Of a stretch of 64,000 bases of DNA, positions 13,201-25,735 are shown piece after piece (position 1 is the first letter of the stretch; the number at the start of each line of letters is the position of its first letter). The notes beneath the pieces were generated by a model. It searched no databases. It was not told the origin of the DNA and was given only the letters and a program-made list of their open reading frames with translations. The stretch comes from Azolla caroliniana (lineage: Eukaryota; Plantae; Polypodiophyta). The stretch lies in NCBI GenBank assembly GCA_043228905.1, contig JBHGNT010000006.1, positions 10,416,001 through 10,480,000 on the forward strand. Direction: 5' to 3'. The position numbers and the translations under genes are program-made.

Positions 13201-14322
13201 TTGAATCCGATGCACGGAATGGGATTTCCATTGAAATCTAGGTTTTCAATTTTTATTTATTTATTTACGAGTAAAATAAAAAATGTTTATTTATTTATTT
13301 ATGGGAAAATGTTTTATTTTTTCAATTTGTATTTATTTATGTATTTTCGGGAAATCCATGCAATGTATCATATTTTAGTCTATGTAGCTAGAATTCAATG
13401 CAATGCATTAAAATGCAAGAGTATTTTTTTAATGGAAATTTTTAAAAAAATTCCAAGACTTACAAGAATCTGATGCATTATATCCAATTCTAGATGTATA
13501 GAGTAAAATTCGACATGTTGCTTCAAATCTAGATGGAATGAATCGGATTTCTGTACGACATCAAAGGCTTACTATGAGAATCTAAGAAAAATGGAAAACA
13601 TCTTTAAGACATTTTTTAGATTCTAATGATTTTGGTAGAAAGCTTCTCTCACATAATCTAATCTTGTAAATGGAAAGTACATAATGAAATATCATAACCA
13701 AAAAGTGAGGAGGAAAGATGCATCAAGCACATCTACTCTTACATTGGATAATGTTTATATATTAGTGTATGACTTATCTTTGACCAAAACAAGTTATCTG
13801 TGACAGACCACAATGAAGATACTAAAAGAGGATCTGGAATGTGGCTTCAGACACAACACAAAGACAAACAAGAAGCATGACTCATAAACTCGATGAGGTT
13901 GGATTGCAATTGGATCAACACAATGCATTAGTTGCCATTGATGATGAGGATGAGACCTCATAAACTCGTACTAGTTCATCTAATGGGTATGAATATGATG
14001 ACATAAACTTGAAAAATGATTGTCCTGATACGTTAACTATAAATATTGTATTGCACATCAAGATTTGGATTTAGAATTTCTATAAATATTGGGGTTAGTC
14101 ATTTTGGACATTCATTTGTAAGTTTGGCATGTCCATTATTTAGGCATTTTTTTGAACACCTAAATTTCCGTACATGTTAAAAATCAATATATTTTTGGGT
14201 CATTTTTAAAATTCCTTTACGCATGCGGCACTCCTTTTTGTGAAACACCGTAATTTGTGTCATTTTTTGATGGACAGTTCTCAAAATGCGACATATTACC
14301 TGTTTCAAATGTCCCAGTATTC
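10287..14322. mobile_element. Non-autonomous TIR DNA transposon, Sola-like deletion derivative
   Basis: 38-bp TIRs GAACACCGGGTCATTTGAAACAGGTAATATGTCGCATT with 3 mismatches; empty site present in the sister LTR (TTACAAGG); 13700-14000 translates to a homolog of the transposase C-terminus at 57809-58135. Confidence 0.8.
11470..13400. repeat. Array of about 15 or more copies of a ~45-bp palindrome separated by A/T-skewed spacers
   Basis: Consensus TTTCAACGGAAATCCGATGCA(C/G)TGCATCGGATTTCCGTTGAAA, e.g. 12064-12111, 12184-12227, 12331-12381, 13041-13092. Confidence 0.85.
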
Positions 14323-15157
14323 AAGGCATTTCACCGTCCTGTCGTCGTTTCACTAGCTCCGTTGGTCGATGTCGCCGGATGATGCCGGATGGCGTATGAC
14401 GGATCCCGGTCGCCGGATGTCGATCTCTCCGGCTCCGTCGATTACCGTCGACGGATGATGTTGGCGGTCGTCAAATCCATTGCCGGATGCCGGATGCTGC
14501 CGTCGATCAACGTCGGTCACCGTCGGTCGGTCACCATCGTCAGATTCGTCTAAAACACATAGTTATATGCATTTGGCTACATCCATTCGTTAAGTCATAT
14601 ATCGTCAGATTCATCTAAAACACATAGTTATATGCATTTGGCTACATCCATTCGTTAAGTCATATAACTTAACTTTTCTATGCTCCACACATAGACACAA
14701 AGATAATAACTTTTCCTCTGCCTTATATATGGTGCAATCTTTATTTGTCTTGTCTATGTGGGATATCACATATTTTTCTCTTCTTCTTTGCAAACTTCAT
14801 ACCCACATAACTTGACACTTAGATGTCTGTTTCCTACGTAGTAAAGTACATTCAGAAGCTCTTCAAGACCTCCATCTTTTAGTACCAAGATATTAAAATT
14901 ATTTAAAATAGTATCTTTACTATTATTGTTTTATATTTTGTGAGAAGAACCACACTCAATTTCGTATGTTCCTTACAAGTTTCACACTATCGCCGAAAAT
15001 CTTCACGACAACGCACACCCTTCCGCACACGTATTCTTTTACATGATATTAGAACACGAGGGTTGAGACTCCTCTGCAACCGATAGAAAAGCTTGCGATA
15101 AAGACATAGTTAAGTTATTGTTTTCGGAAAGGATAAGAAAACAATATGGACAGGGGA

Positions 15158-17568
15158 ATGGGAAGCTCGCTACCGACTGAGAAGCTCGATAGGAGCAAGT
15201 ACGGATCTTGGTCATAGAAGATGCACTAGTACCTGATTGGTCATGGTTACTGGAGTTATGTCGAAGGAGCTAATGATACAACACCAGAATCGACACATAG
15301 AGATTTTTCGGCTTGGGAACAAGCGACAAGCAAAGTTCTTTACTGCTTCCCGTCCTATATGGCAACCAGCTCTTGAGCTACATTCGGGATGCTCAGATGC
15401 CAAAGGACGTGTGGGCGAATCTCAAGGGGATTTTCACCACTAGCACAATGGTTAGGAAGCTACAGCTCAAGCAAGAGCTCAACAATGTCTAACAAAAAGA
15501 TCTATCTATGGCCGATTACATGGCCCGAATCAAGGAGATCTGCGACTCTCTTTCCTCTGTAACCGTGAGTGTCGACGAGAACGAAATGGTGCAGGTTTGT
15601 CTTGGAAGGTTAGCGTGAAAGTTCGGAGCATTCCGAACGGCAGTCTGCACAAGGGAGAATACGATTTCGTTCTTCGAGCTTTAGTCGATGTTGCTCGTGG
15701 AGGAAAATCACGCGGGTGCATCGACGAGTACGCACGCCGACGATAGGATGATGTACACAAAGGAAGATAGGCCTCGTGGTCATGCCGGACGAGGCAGATC
15801 AACGCGCAATGGAGGCGACCGAAAAGAGCAGAACATGCGGCATAATCATAATAATGCCGGAAGCAATTCCGAACCCTCGGAAGTAGGGGGAGTCATAGTG
15901 GCGCCGGAAGCCGGCAAGAGAAGGCCGCGATGGATTGCTACTACTGTGGCAAGAAAGGCCACAGAGAGAGCGAGTGTTGGAAGAAGAGAGTTGATTCAGA
16001 CAAAGTCGGATTGAGTAGAAGAGATGTAGGAAGGCGTCAAAAATTGCACTACACTGAAGGCTCCAAACGAGCCGGAAATGGATCAGGCCCAACCTTTGTA
16101 ATGAAGGACAAGGCCAATTCGATGGTCGTGAACACCTTGAAATCGAGCGAGGTGTGGTATGTTGATTCTGGAGCGTCAAATCATATGACGAGTCATGAGG
16201 AATGATTCTCGTACTTGGAAAAACTGGAAAAACAAGGAGTGGTCAAAATGTGAGACGACACTCCCCATACCATCGAACATCTCCGCGAAGTTCCCCTCAG
16301 CCACATCGGGCAGAAAGGAAAACTCATGAACGTGTTGTACGTCCTGACAATAACCAAGAACCTGGTGTCAGTTGGTCAGATCGTTGACCAGGGGATGCAA
16401 GTTCGATTCACGCATCTTGGGTGCTACATCGAAGAGGAAGGCAAGATAATCGTGCAAGGGCGTCGTGAAGGGAGGATGTTCATCCTCGACACCAACCAAG
16501 CCGGAACCGCGTTGTTCACGAAAGGACAAAAAGTTGAATCGAATATCGACCTGTGGCACAAGCAGTTCGACCACGTTAACTTCCCATGGCTTTATGAAAT
16601 GCAGACGAGGAATATTGTTTTCAGATTGCCGAAATTTTGGGGCTGTAATGGCCAAGTCTGCAAAGCCTGCCAACTCGGGAAGCAGCACCGAGTTCCATTC
16701 CCCAATGAGTGTAATCGTAGTCGAAATCCACTGGACTTAATCCATTTGGATGTGTGGGGACCGACACTGAACGTGAGTCTCGGTGGAAACCGTTACTTCG
16801 TAACCTTCATCGATGACTTCATTCGGCATAACTGGGCATGTACGTTCGCGAAAAAGAGTGAAGTCTTCGCGTGGTTCCTGAAGGTGAAGATCCTTGCGGA
16901 AAGGGAAACTGGGCGTAAGATCAAATGCCTACGGTCCAATTCACAAGTCATCTACAGAAGGAAGGAATTCGACGAGAATTTTCGTGTAGATATATGCCGG
17001 AGCAAAATGGCGTAGCGAAGCGGAAGAATCGGACAATCGAAGAAGCCGCTAAGGCAATGCTTGAAGAGAAGTATATGCCGAAGTTTTACTAGGCTGAAGC
17101 TGTAAGGAGGGCTGTTTACTTGCAAAATCGAACCTCTGCTAATGGAGGAGTGTCACCACATGAGTTGTATTTCGGAAAGAATCCGAACTTGGCACACTTG
17201 AGGATTTTTCGGCAGCATTGCGTATGTGCATATGCCGAAGGAGAAAAGAAGGAAGCTATACGTGAAGGCCGAAAAGTGCATCTTGGTTGGCTACTCGGAT
17301 GAAGAAAAGGGGTATAAGTGTGATAACCCTGGAACCAAACAAGCTCGCGTAAGTCATGACGTTGTGTTCGACGAGTCCGCGTCATGGCACTTGCCTTCGA
17401 CTCCAATCCCTGACAACTCCATTCCGAATTCTGAAGAAGAGGTTAGTGAGGCCGAGTTGCCTCCACGTGATGAGGAATTCGGACCTCTAACAAAGAGTCT
17501 GATCTCATTTCGGCTATGTGGGCCGAATGAGGGGTTGGGCCGAGATGGCCAACTAAATGAAGAGCCGG
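15158..17568 (+). pseudogene. Element E gag-PR-integrase, disrupted
   Basis: CYYCGKKGHRESEC knuckle, WYVDSGASNHM protease, LWHKQFDH and CKACQLGKQ, HLDVWGP...FIDDF integrase. Confidence 0.9.
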
Positions 17569-18594
17569 TGTAGTGTAAATACGATGAAGATACGTGAACT
17601 CAAGGCAGGACCCCAGGGCCTCCAACCAAAGGATACCAGATTCATACGTTTATGTTTTAAGAATTAATCGAAATGAAAAAGTTTGATAATTTTCCTTAGC
17701 AAAGAAAAAGAAAAATTACAATCTATCCCAAGATTGGGATTATAGAAGTTTAGGTTTAAAGAGATTAATAGATAAGGAAAATTAGGGTTTTTTTTTTAGA
17801 GATATCTTTCATAAGGAATATTAGGGTTTATGTGAGAGATAGCTTCCGTAAGGAAAATTAGGGTTTTTGAGAGATAACTTCCATAAGGAAAATTAGGATT
17901 TTCCACTTCGATGAGAGATGGATTAAATAAGATAATTAGGCTTAGAGTTTTTTTTTTCCCACCACTCAAAGATACCCTTGCATGAGGAACTCTAGTTTTC
18001 ACCTTGAGTTCCATTGCATGCATTCACATGACCTTTCCTTTACATAGAGCTTGACTTTAGTTGCATACGTTCACATAACCTTTACTTTAGTTTACTTTAC
18101 TTTACTTTTTGCCGCATGATCCGTCCAGTTGCATCCGGCCAAGTGCGATCACCATCCGGTTCGGTTCCGGTTCTTGTTCCCCATCATCGTCCAGTTCCGG
18201 GTTCCGATAACTTAGCCACATCCATCCATTTAGACAAAGTGGCCCAAGTTCAACCATTCCTTTTGTGCTCTTAACACATAGATAAAAACTAATGGATTTC
18301 AATCTACTTATATAGCTGGATCCTAAAGTTTCCTATCTATGTGGGATATCTCACAATTTTGTTTTCCTCTTCTTCTTAAACTTCAAACACACATAACTTG
18401 ATACTTGTTTATTCGTTTCATGTGTAGTAAAACGCGTTATGAAGCTCTTGACGACATCTATCTTTCTATATCAAACCATTATGAGTCAGATCGAAGAGAA
18501 TCTTACTCGGCATCTGATTGGAACCTCCACGGAAGAGGTCAAAATCGGTCGAAAAGATCGTGAAATCGGGTAATCATGAATTATGTTGATTTAC
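17569..18594 (-). mobile_element. Probable solo LTR distantly related to the B LTR, right end clipped by a deletion
   Basis: Starts TGTAGTGTAAAT, ends ...ATTTAC (inverted terminus missing about 6 nt); 18250-18480 aligns to B LTR 3540-3780; interrupts the E coding sequence. Confidence 0.55.
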
Positions 18595-18712
18595 CTGCTT
18601 GAAGAACCCCGTAAAGAGGTACGGGTACAATGAATACATGGAGGACTATTATGCGTACATGATGTTGGGAGACTGGTCCCTCCGGATGGGAAGGGAGAAG
18701 AACAGTGCCGAC

Positions 18713-19050
18713 GAACCGGAAGAGAAGTACCCGACTACGGAGAGCCGGATGGTGTAGGCCCGGTGTGAACCGGATGAGGAGTACCCGGCTACGGAGAGCC
18801 GGATGGTGCAGGCCCGGTGTAAACCGGATGAGGAGTACCCGGCTACGGAGAGCCGGATGGTGTAGGCCCGGTGTGAACCGGATGAGGAGTACCCGGCTAC
18901 GGAGAGCCGGATGGTGCAGGCCCGGTGTGAACCGGATGGGGAGTACCCAGCTACGGAGAGCCGGATGGTGTAGGCCCGGTGAGAACCAGATGAGGAGCAC
19001 CCGGTTATAGAGAGCCGGATGACGCAGACCCGGTGAGAACCGGAGGAAGA
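18713..19050 (+). repeat. 54-bp tandem repeat in U3 of C: 6 full units here, 5 full units in the 3' LTR (23632-23915)
   Basis: Unit GAACCGGATGAGGAGTACCCGGCTACGGAGAGCCGGATGGTGCAGGCCCGGTGT starting at 18713, 18767, 18821, 18875, 18929, 18983. Confidence 0.92.
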
Positions 19051-19535
19051 GACATATTCGTAAATATGTTTCTGAGAGCCCATCGAGGCTATATTTGTAA
19101 ATAGCCGAAAAGTCATATTAGTATAAATATGACTTAGGGCAAACCTTTTAGTTGTTGTTGTCATTTTTCTTGTTGGTGCAAGAAGAAGAGAGAGTGTGTA
19201 ACTGTACAGAGAGAGAGTGAGAGAGAACGAGGTCGTTGCCTCTGTTGTAACCGCCATCTGTGGCGAAGATCGTGAGCACGAGGTCATTGCCTCCGTGAAC
19301 TCACTATTGTACATACTTACATAGTGACAATTTGCAGCTTGTGGGCTGCCGTGGTTTTTCCCCCTAGTTTGGGGTTTTCCACGTAAACATCCAGTGTACC
19401 TTTTTTTTCTCTCCTTTGTGTCGCGTCTTATTTCCTGTTTTCTGTGTATCAAAAGAAGCTCGGTTGTGGCCGAGCGTCGTGGATAAGGAGCGTTGAGTTC
19501 CCGACAAGTGGTATCAGAGCAGAACGACACAGAAA

Positions 19536-22500
19536 ATGGACGAATCGTTTGGCGGCATGTTCAAGCTCACCAGCTCCAACTATTCGGTATGGAAGTCGAA
19601 GATGAAGGACATGCTCGTGGTTAAAGACCTCTGGCTGCCAGTTCAGTTCGGGGACAAGAGACCGGACAAAATCGACGCCGCGATATGGGAGGTGATGCAC
19701 TTGAAGACAACGGCGTACATACGGGAGCCTGTACAACAACTTCAATGAGCCTGTACAACAACTTCAATGAGGAGAGCAAGGTTCATGAGCTCTGGGAGAA
19801 GATCAGCATAATGTTTTAGAACAAAAATGTTGTTAATCAGGTGTCGGTATTCCGGAAGCTAGTAAGACTCCGGTAACAAGATGGCTCTAGCATGGCTGAG
19901 CACATGAATGCCTTCCAGGGGCTGATACACCAGGAAACATCATTGGAAGTACCTCTCGCCAACGAGGTACTAGCGCTACTCTTGCTTGGTTCCCTCCCGG
20001 ATAGCTAGGAGACGTTGGTTGTCACTTTGGGCAACGCCGGGCCGGAAGGAAAGCGGTTATCCCTAGCAAGAGTAAAATCGAGCTTGCTAGATGAGGAGGC
20101 GCGTCGGAAAGATAAAGATACGAGCTCCGACTCCAAAGCGCTCCTTACCGAATCGGAACGCGGAAGACAAAGAAACCGTAGTCCCCAGAACCGGGAAAAG
20201 TCGGGGACACGGTCAAAGTCAAGGGGGAGGCCCACTTGCTTCTATTGCGGCAAGCCGGGTCACTTCCAAAAGAACTGTCGGCATTTCCGTAAAGACAAGG
20301 AAACCGACGGTACCGATTCGAAGCAGACCCTGGACAGGAATGGTAAAGACCGGAGGGGGCCAGACCGGAAGGGAACGACGGCGATCGCGGCAAGTGAAGA
20401 CGAGTTGATGCTCGTCACCGAGGAGTGTGAGATAAACCTTGCCGACGACGAGATGACCTGGGTGGTAGACTCCAGAGCATCATTCCACCTTACCCCGGAC
20501 CGGAAATGCTTCTCATCCTACTTAGCCAGTGACCACAGCTGTGTCCGGGTGGGGAATGAAGGTACATGCCGAATCGTCGGCATAGGAGACGTGTGGCTGT
20601 CAACACCAACCGGATGCAAGTTGCTGCTGAAGGATGTCTGACACGTTCCGGAGGTTCGTCTGAACCTGATATCAGCCGGTCGGCTAGATGATGAAGGCTA
20701 CACGAGTAGCATCCGGAACGGTGTCATGAAGTTCAGCAAAGGGAGCCTGATTGTGGCTCGGGCCCGGAAGGTCAACACACTGTACCTGATGAATGCCCGG
20801 TTATGCTCGGAAGAAGTGAACGTGGCATCCGACACTGCCGGTGAGTTGTGGCACAAGAGACTGTGTCATATGAGCGAGAAGGGGATGAAGAGGCTTGCAG
20901 ACGACAACCTCATTCCAGTGAAGAACGTGCACTTGGAGAAGTGCACTGACTGTCTGGCCGGTAAACAAAACCGGACCTCCTTCCCACCAAGGCCACCGAT
21001 GAGACGTAATGCACCACTAGAGTTGGTGCATACGAATGTGTGTCAGGTAGACACGAAGTCACATGCCGGAGCGCAGTACTTCGTGACGTTCATAGATGAC
21101 CACAGCCGGAAGTTGTGGGCCACACCGCTGAAGACGAAGGATCAGGTGCTATCCATCTTCAAAGAGCTCCACGCGAGAGTGGAAAGAGAAACCGGCCGGA
21201 AGCTGAAGGCGGTTCGAGCAGATAACGGAGGAGAGTACCGGGGGCAGTCCGAGGAGTACTGTCGCTCGAAGGGAACCCGGTTCGAATTTACCGTGCCAAA
21301 GACGCCGGAACTAAACGGACTGGCCGAGAGGATGAACCGGACCATAATGGAGAGGGTCTCGAGTATGCTAGCGCATGCAAAACTACCCAAGAAGTTTTGG
21401 GCTGAGGCATTGTCGACGGCGACATACGTGATAAACAGATCACCCTCAGTACCCTTGGACGGAGACACGCCACAAAGAGTGTGGACCGGTAAGGACGTGT
21501 CCTACCGACATCTGAAGGTGTTCGGGTGTCTCGCGTACGTGCATGTAGCAAAGGACCGGAGAGGAAAGTTAGATCCAAAGACCCGGCCATGCATATTCCT
21601 CGGTTACGGTGACCATGAGTTCGGCTACCGAGTGTGGGACCCGGTTGACAAGAAGGTATTCCGGAGTCAAGATATTATCTTCATGGAGGACAAGACGCTC
21701 GCCGACTGGGAGTCGGAGAAGAAGATAATAAAGTCCGAGTCAACTGGTAAGGATAGACTCTACGATGAGCAGACCCAACTGGCAAGAGACCGGTTAGCAC
21801 TCGAGGAACCAGCCGGTTACGGTGAGGATACCGAACCAACAGAAGAAGAAGTAGAGGACGCTGAGACCGGAACCGGCTTAGACCCCGAATCAGATTCGGA
21901 TGAAGAGCAAATGGAGGAGCCGGCTACCGAAGCCCAAAGACGGAGATATCCTCTCAGAGAGAGAAGGGCCCCCCGGAGATTTTCGGATGCAGAGCATGTT
22001 CTGCTGACCGATGAGGGGGAGCCGGAAAGCTTCGAAGAAGCGAAGGAAGACACCCACAGCCGAAAGTGGTTAAGTGCCATGGAGGACGAGATGGATTCCC
22101 TACATGAGAACCATACGTACGAATTGGTGGAGTTGTCGAAAGGAAAGCGAGCACTCCGGAACAAGTGGGTGTACAAGTTGAAACCGGGAGATACAAAGCC
22201 TGGATCGTGGTGAAGGGGTTCCAGCAGAAGAAGGGCGTGGACTTCGACGAGATATTTGCCCCGGTAGTAAAGATGACCTCCATCCGGATGGTGCTAAGTA
22301 TAGCAGCAAGCATGGACCTCGAGGTAGAGCAGCTGGACGTGAAGACGACATTCCTTCACGGCGACCTCGAAGAGGAGATCTACATGCTGCAACCGGAAGG
22401 ATTCGTGGAGAAAGAGAAGGAGCACCTGGTATGCCGGTTGAAGAAGAGCCTCTACAAGTTGAAGCAGGCCCCCCGGCAATGGTACCGGAAGTTCGACTCC

Positions 22501-23571
22501 TTCATGACCGATCAAGGGTACCACAAGACACAGGCCGATCACTGTGTGTTTGTGAAGAAGTTCGAAGGAGGCGACTTCCTAATACTCCTTCTGTACGTGG
22601 ATGACATGTTGATCATCGGACGTGACCAAATCAAAATACGGATGCTGAAGAAGGCTCTCAACCGGACCTTCTCAATGAAAGACTTGGGTCCCGCAAGACA
22701 AATGTTGGGGATGCACATCATCCGGAACCGGTCAGGGAAGCAATTATGGCTGTCACAGGAGAAGTATGTGACAAAGGTGCTTCACCGGTTCAACATGTCA
22801 GAAGCGAAACCGGTCGGATCGACACTTCCGGCAAACTGCAGGCTTTCCAACAAGCAAAGCCCGAAGACGAAAGCAGAGAAGGCGGATATGATGAAAATTC
22901 CATATGCCTCTGCCGTCGGGAGCTTGATGTACGCAATGGTTTGTACTCGACCAGACATAGGATACGTAGTCGGAGTGGTGAGCCGGTTCATGAGTAATCC
23001 CGGCAAGGAGCACTGGAACGTGGTCAAATGGATACTCCGGTATTTGAAGGGCACTTCAAATATGTGTCTCCGATTCGGCTCCGGAAAACCTCAACTGGAC
23101 GGTTTCACCGATTCGGACATGTCGGCTGATGTGGATACCAGCCGGTCTACATCCGGGTATGTAATGACATATGCAGGGGGAGCTGTTTCATGGCAGTCGA
23201 GGCTGCAGAAGACGGTTGCATTGTCAACCACGGAGGCGGAGTACATGGCAGCTATGGAAGCTGGCAAGAAAATCTTATGGATGAAGGACTTCATCGGAGA
23301 GCTCGGTATCCGGCAAGAGGAATACTGACTCTATTGCGACAGTCAAAGTGCCATCCACCTTGCTAAGAATGCGGCTTACCATTCTCGGACGAAGCATATC
23401 CAGCGAAGCTATCACTAGATCCGGGAAAGAGTAGATGACCAGGAGTTCGCACTGACGAAGATCCACACGACCAAGCACGGGTCAGATATGCTGACCAAAG
23501 TTCTTATACCCGACAAGCTGGATGCATGCCGGAAGCGGATTGGACTGGTAAGACACCCCATGCCGGAGTGA
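19536..23571 (+). pseudogene. Element C gag-pol polyprotein with several stops and frameshifts
   Basis: CFYCGKPGHFQKNC, WVVDSRAS, LWHKRLCH, FIDDHSR, NGLAERMNRT, EPESFEEA, LLLYVDDMLI, DSDMS...STTEAEY. Confidence 0.93.
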
Positions 23572-24341
23572 AGGGGGAGTTTGTTGGGAGACTGGTCCCT
23601 CCGGATGGGAAGGGAGAAGAACAGTGTCGACGAACCGGAAGAGAAGTACCCGGCTACGGAGAGCCGGATGGTGCAGGCCCGGTGTAAACCGGATGAGGAG
23701 TACCCGGCTACGGAGAGCCGGATGGTGCAGGCTCGATGTGAACCGGATGAGGAGTACCAAGCTACGGAGAGCCGGATGGTGCAGGCCCGGTGTGAACCGG
23801 ATGAGGAGTACCCGGCTACGGAGAGCCGGATGGTGCAGGCCCGGTGAGAACTGGATGAGGAGCACCCGGCTACGGAGAGCCTGATGACGCAGACCCGGTG
23901 AGAACCGGAGGAAGAGGCTATATTTGTAAATAGCCGAAAAGTCATATTAGTATAAATATGACTTAGGGTAAACCTTTTAGTTGTTGTTGTCATTTTTCTT
24001 GTTGGTGCAAGAAGAAGAGAGAGTGCGTAACTGTACAGAGAGAGAGTGAGAGAGAACGAGGTCGTTGGCTCTGTTGTAACCGCCGCCTGTGGCGAAGACC
24101 GTGAGCACGGGGTCGTTGCCTCCATGAACTCACTGTTGTACATACTTACATAGTGACAGTTTGTAGCCTGTGGGTTGCCGTGGTTTTTCCCTCTAGTTTG
24201 GGGTTTTCCACGTAAACATCCTGTGTACCTTTTTTTTTCTCTCCTTTGTGTCGCGTCTTATTTCCTGTTTTCTGTGTATCAAAAGAAGCTCGGTTGTGGC
24301 CGAGCGTCGTGGATAAGGAGCGTTGAGTTCCCGACACATGA

Positions 24342-25735
24342 CATGAGTGACGGAAGTGGGTGAACCGGAGAGCTACATAGAAACGGCGAAAGACGCAAAT
24401 TGGCGTGCCGCGATGGATGAAGAGATGCGCACATTATCGGACAACGAGACTTGGGACCTAGTTCACGCACCGAAGGGTGTGATGCCAATCGAATGTAGAT
24501 GGGTGTTTAAGGTGAAATACAACACCGACGGCTCGGTCAACCAATATAAGTCTCGTTTGGTTGCGAAAGGCTATGCGTAGAAACACGACGTCGATTACGA
24601 CGAGACCTTCACACTAGTCGCAAAGATGACTATCGTGCGAGTTCTACTAGCCATAGCAGCAGTGAAGGGGTGGCATTTACACCAAATGGATGTAAATGTG
24701 TTCCTTCAAGGAGATCTTGAGGCACATGTGTACATGGTACAACCCCCCGAATTTCTATCCGAACTAAACACTTCGGCAGTCTACCGATTAAAGAAGGCCC
24801 CGCGAGCTTGGAATGCGAAGATTACGCAACGGTTGCATCAGATGGGGTTTGTGCCATCAAAGTCGAACTCTTCATTGTTCGTTTAGCAAGGTCGGCATGG
24901 CTTAGTTTGTCTTTTACTTTATGTTGATGATTTAGTCATCGTTGGTGCCGACTTGGAAGAAATCGGCAGCATAAAGTCTCAGCTTGCATCATCATTCAAA
25001 ATGAAGGATCTTGGCAACCTTCATTACTTGCTTGGGATCGAAGTGATCTGAACCTCCGAAGGCATATGGATCAGCCAACGTCACTACGCGATGAATATGC
25101 TCTTTAAGTTCGGGATCGCTCGGCTGGACCTCAGCTATCTGGTCGGCTTCATCAGTCAATTTTTGTCGCAGCCTATGGCGGAACACTTTCAGTGCGCAAA
25201 AAGTATATTGCGATATGTAAGCAGCACAAAAGACATGGTGTTGTTGTATCATGCATGCGTAGCCGAATAGTTGGGCTGGAAATGCCCACGATCCTAGATC
25301 CACATCCGAATACACATTTTCATTAGGAAGTGCAGCGATCACGTGGAACAATAAGAAGCAGCCAATAGTACCACTGTCGAGCACTGAGAACGAATATCGA
25401 GGGGCGACTATCGCTACGTGCGAAGTCATTGGGCTGAAACGGCTATTACGGGATCTGCATGTAGAGGTGTCCGATCCGACGACGATCCATTGTGACAACC
25501 TGAGTAGCATCCACCTTGTGAAAAACCCTATATTCCACGCTCAGACCAAGCACATTGAGGTGCACTACCATTTTGTCCGTGAGCGTGTCCTTTTTGGTGA
25601 AGTCGAAATAGGGTATGTTCCTACGGGTCTACAGATTGTTGACATCTTCACCAAGCCCCTTGGTCTCGACAAGTTGTGACATTTCTCGGGTGAGCTGGGT
25701 TTGCGTCACCTCGACACTCCGAACTTGAGGGGGAG
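24342..25735 (+). pseudogene. Element E RT/RNase H, disrupted (continues from 18595-18662)
   Basis: EPESY...NWRAAMDEEM, HQMDV, LLYVDD near 24915, CDNLSSI...TKHIEVHYHFVRE, DIFTKPL. Confidence 0.9.

Larger units (their letters stand above)
2644..15010 (-). mobile_element. Ty3/Gypsy element B (tRNA-Trp PBS, fungal-like pol), full length, degenerate
   Basis: Paired LTRs 2644-3885 and 9686-15010; 12-bp terminal inverted repeat TGTCGTGAAGAT/ATCTTCACGACA; flanks ATGC/ACGC (4-bp TSD, one transition); PBS, PPT, gag-PR-RT-RH-INT. Confidence 0.92.
9686..15010 (-). repeat. 5' LTR of element B, interrupted by a 4-kb DNA transposon
   Basis: Homology to 2644-3885 breaks at about 10287 and resumes at about 14323. 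Confidence 0.9.
18663..24336 (+). mobile_element. Tnt1-like Ty1/Copia element C, full length
   Basis: LTRs 18663-19506 and 23582-24336; TSD CATGA on both sides; PBS TGGTATCAGAGC 19509-19520; PPT GAAGGGGGAG 23570-23579. Confidence 0.95.

Noticed and set aside
11470-13400. CRISPR-like array (palindromic repeats with spacers)
   Set aside because: Spacers are low-complexity, similar to each other and variable in length; no cas genes; eukaryotic transposon context
12038-13473. K/F/I-rich ORFs in the palindrome array
   Set aside because: Chance frames in AT-rich repeats
10290-14319. CACTA/EnSpm reading of the TIR element (CACCG...CAGTA ends)
   Set aside because: Those ends leave unmatched flanks and do not restore the empty site seen in the sister LTR; the protein remnant matches the Sola-like ORF
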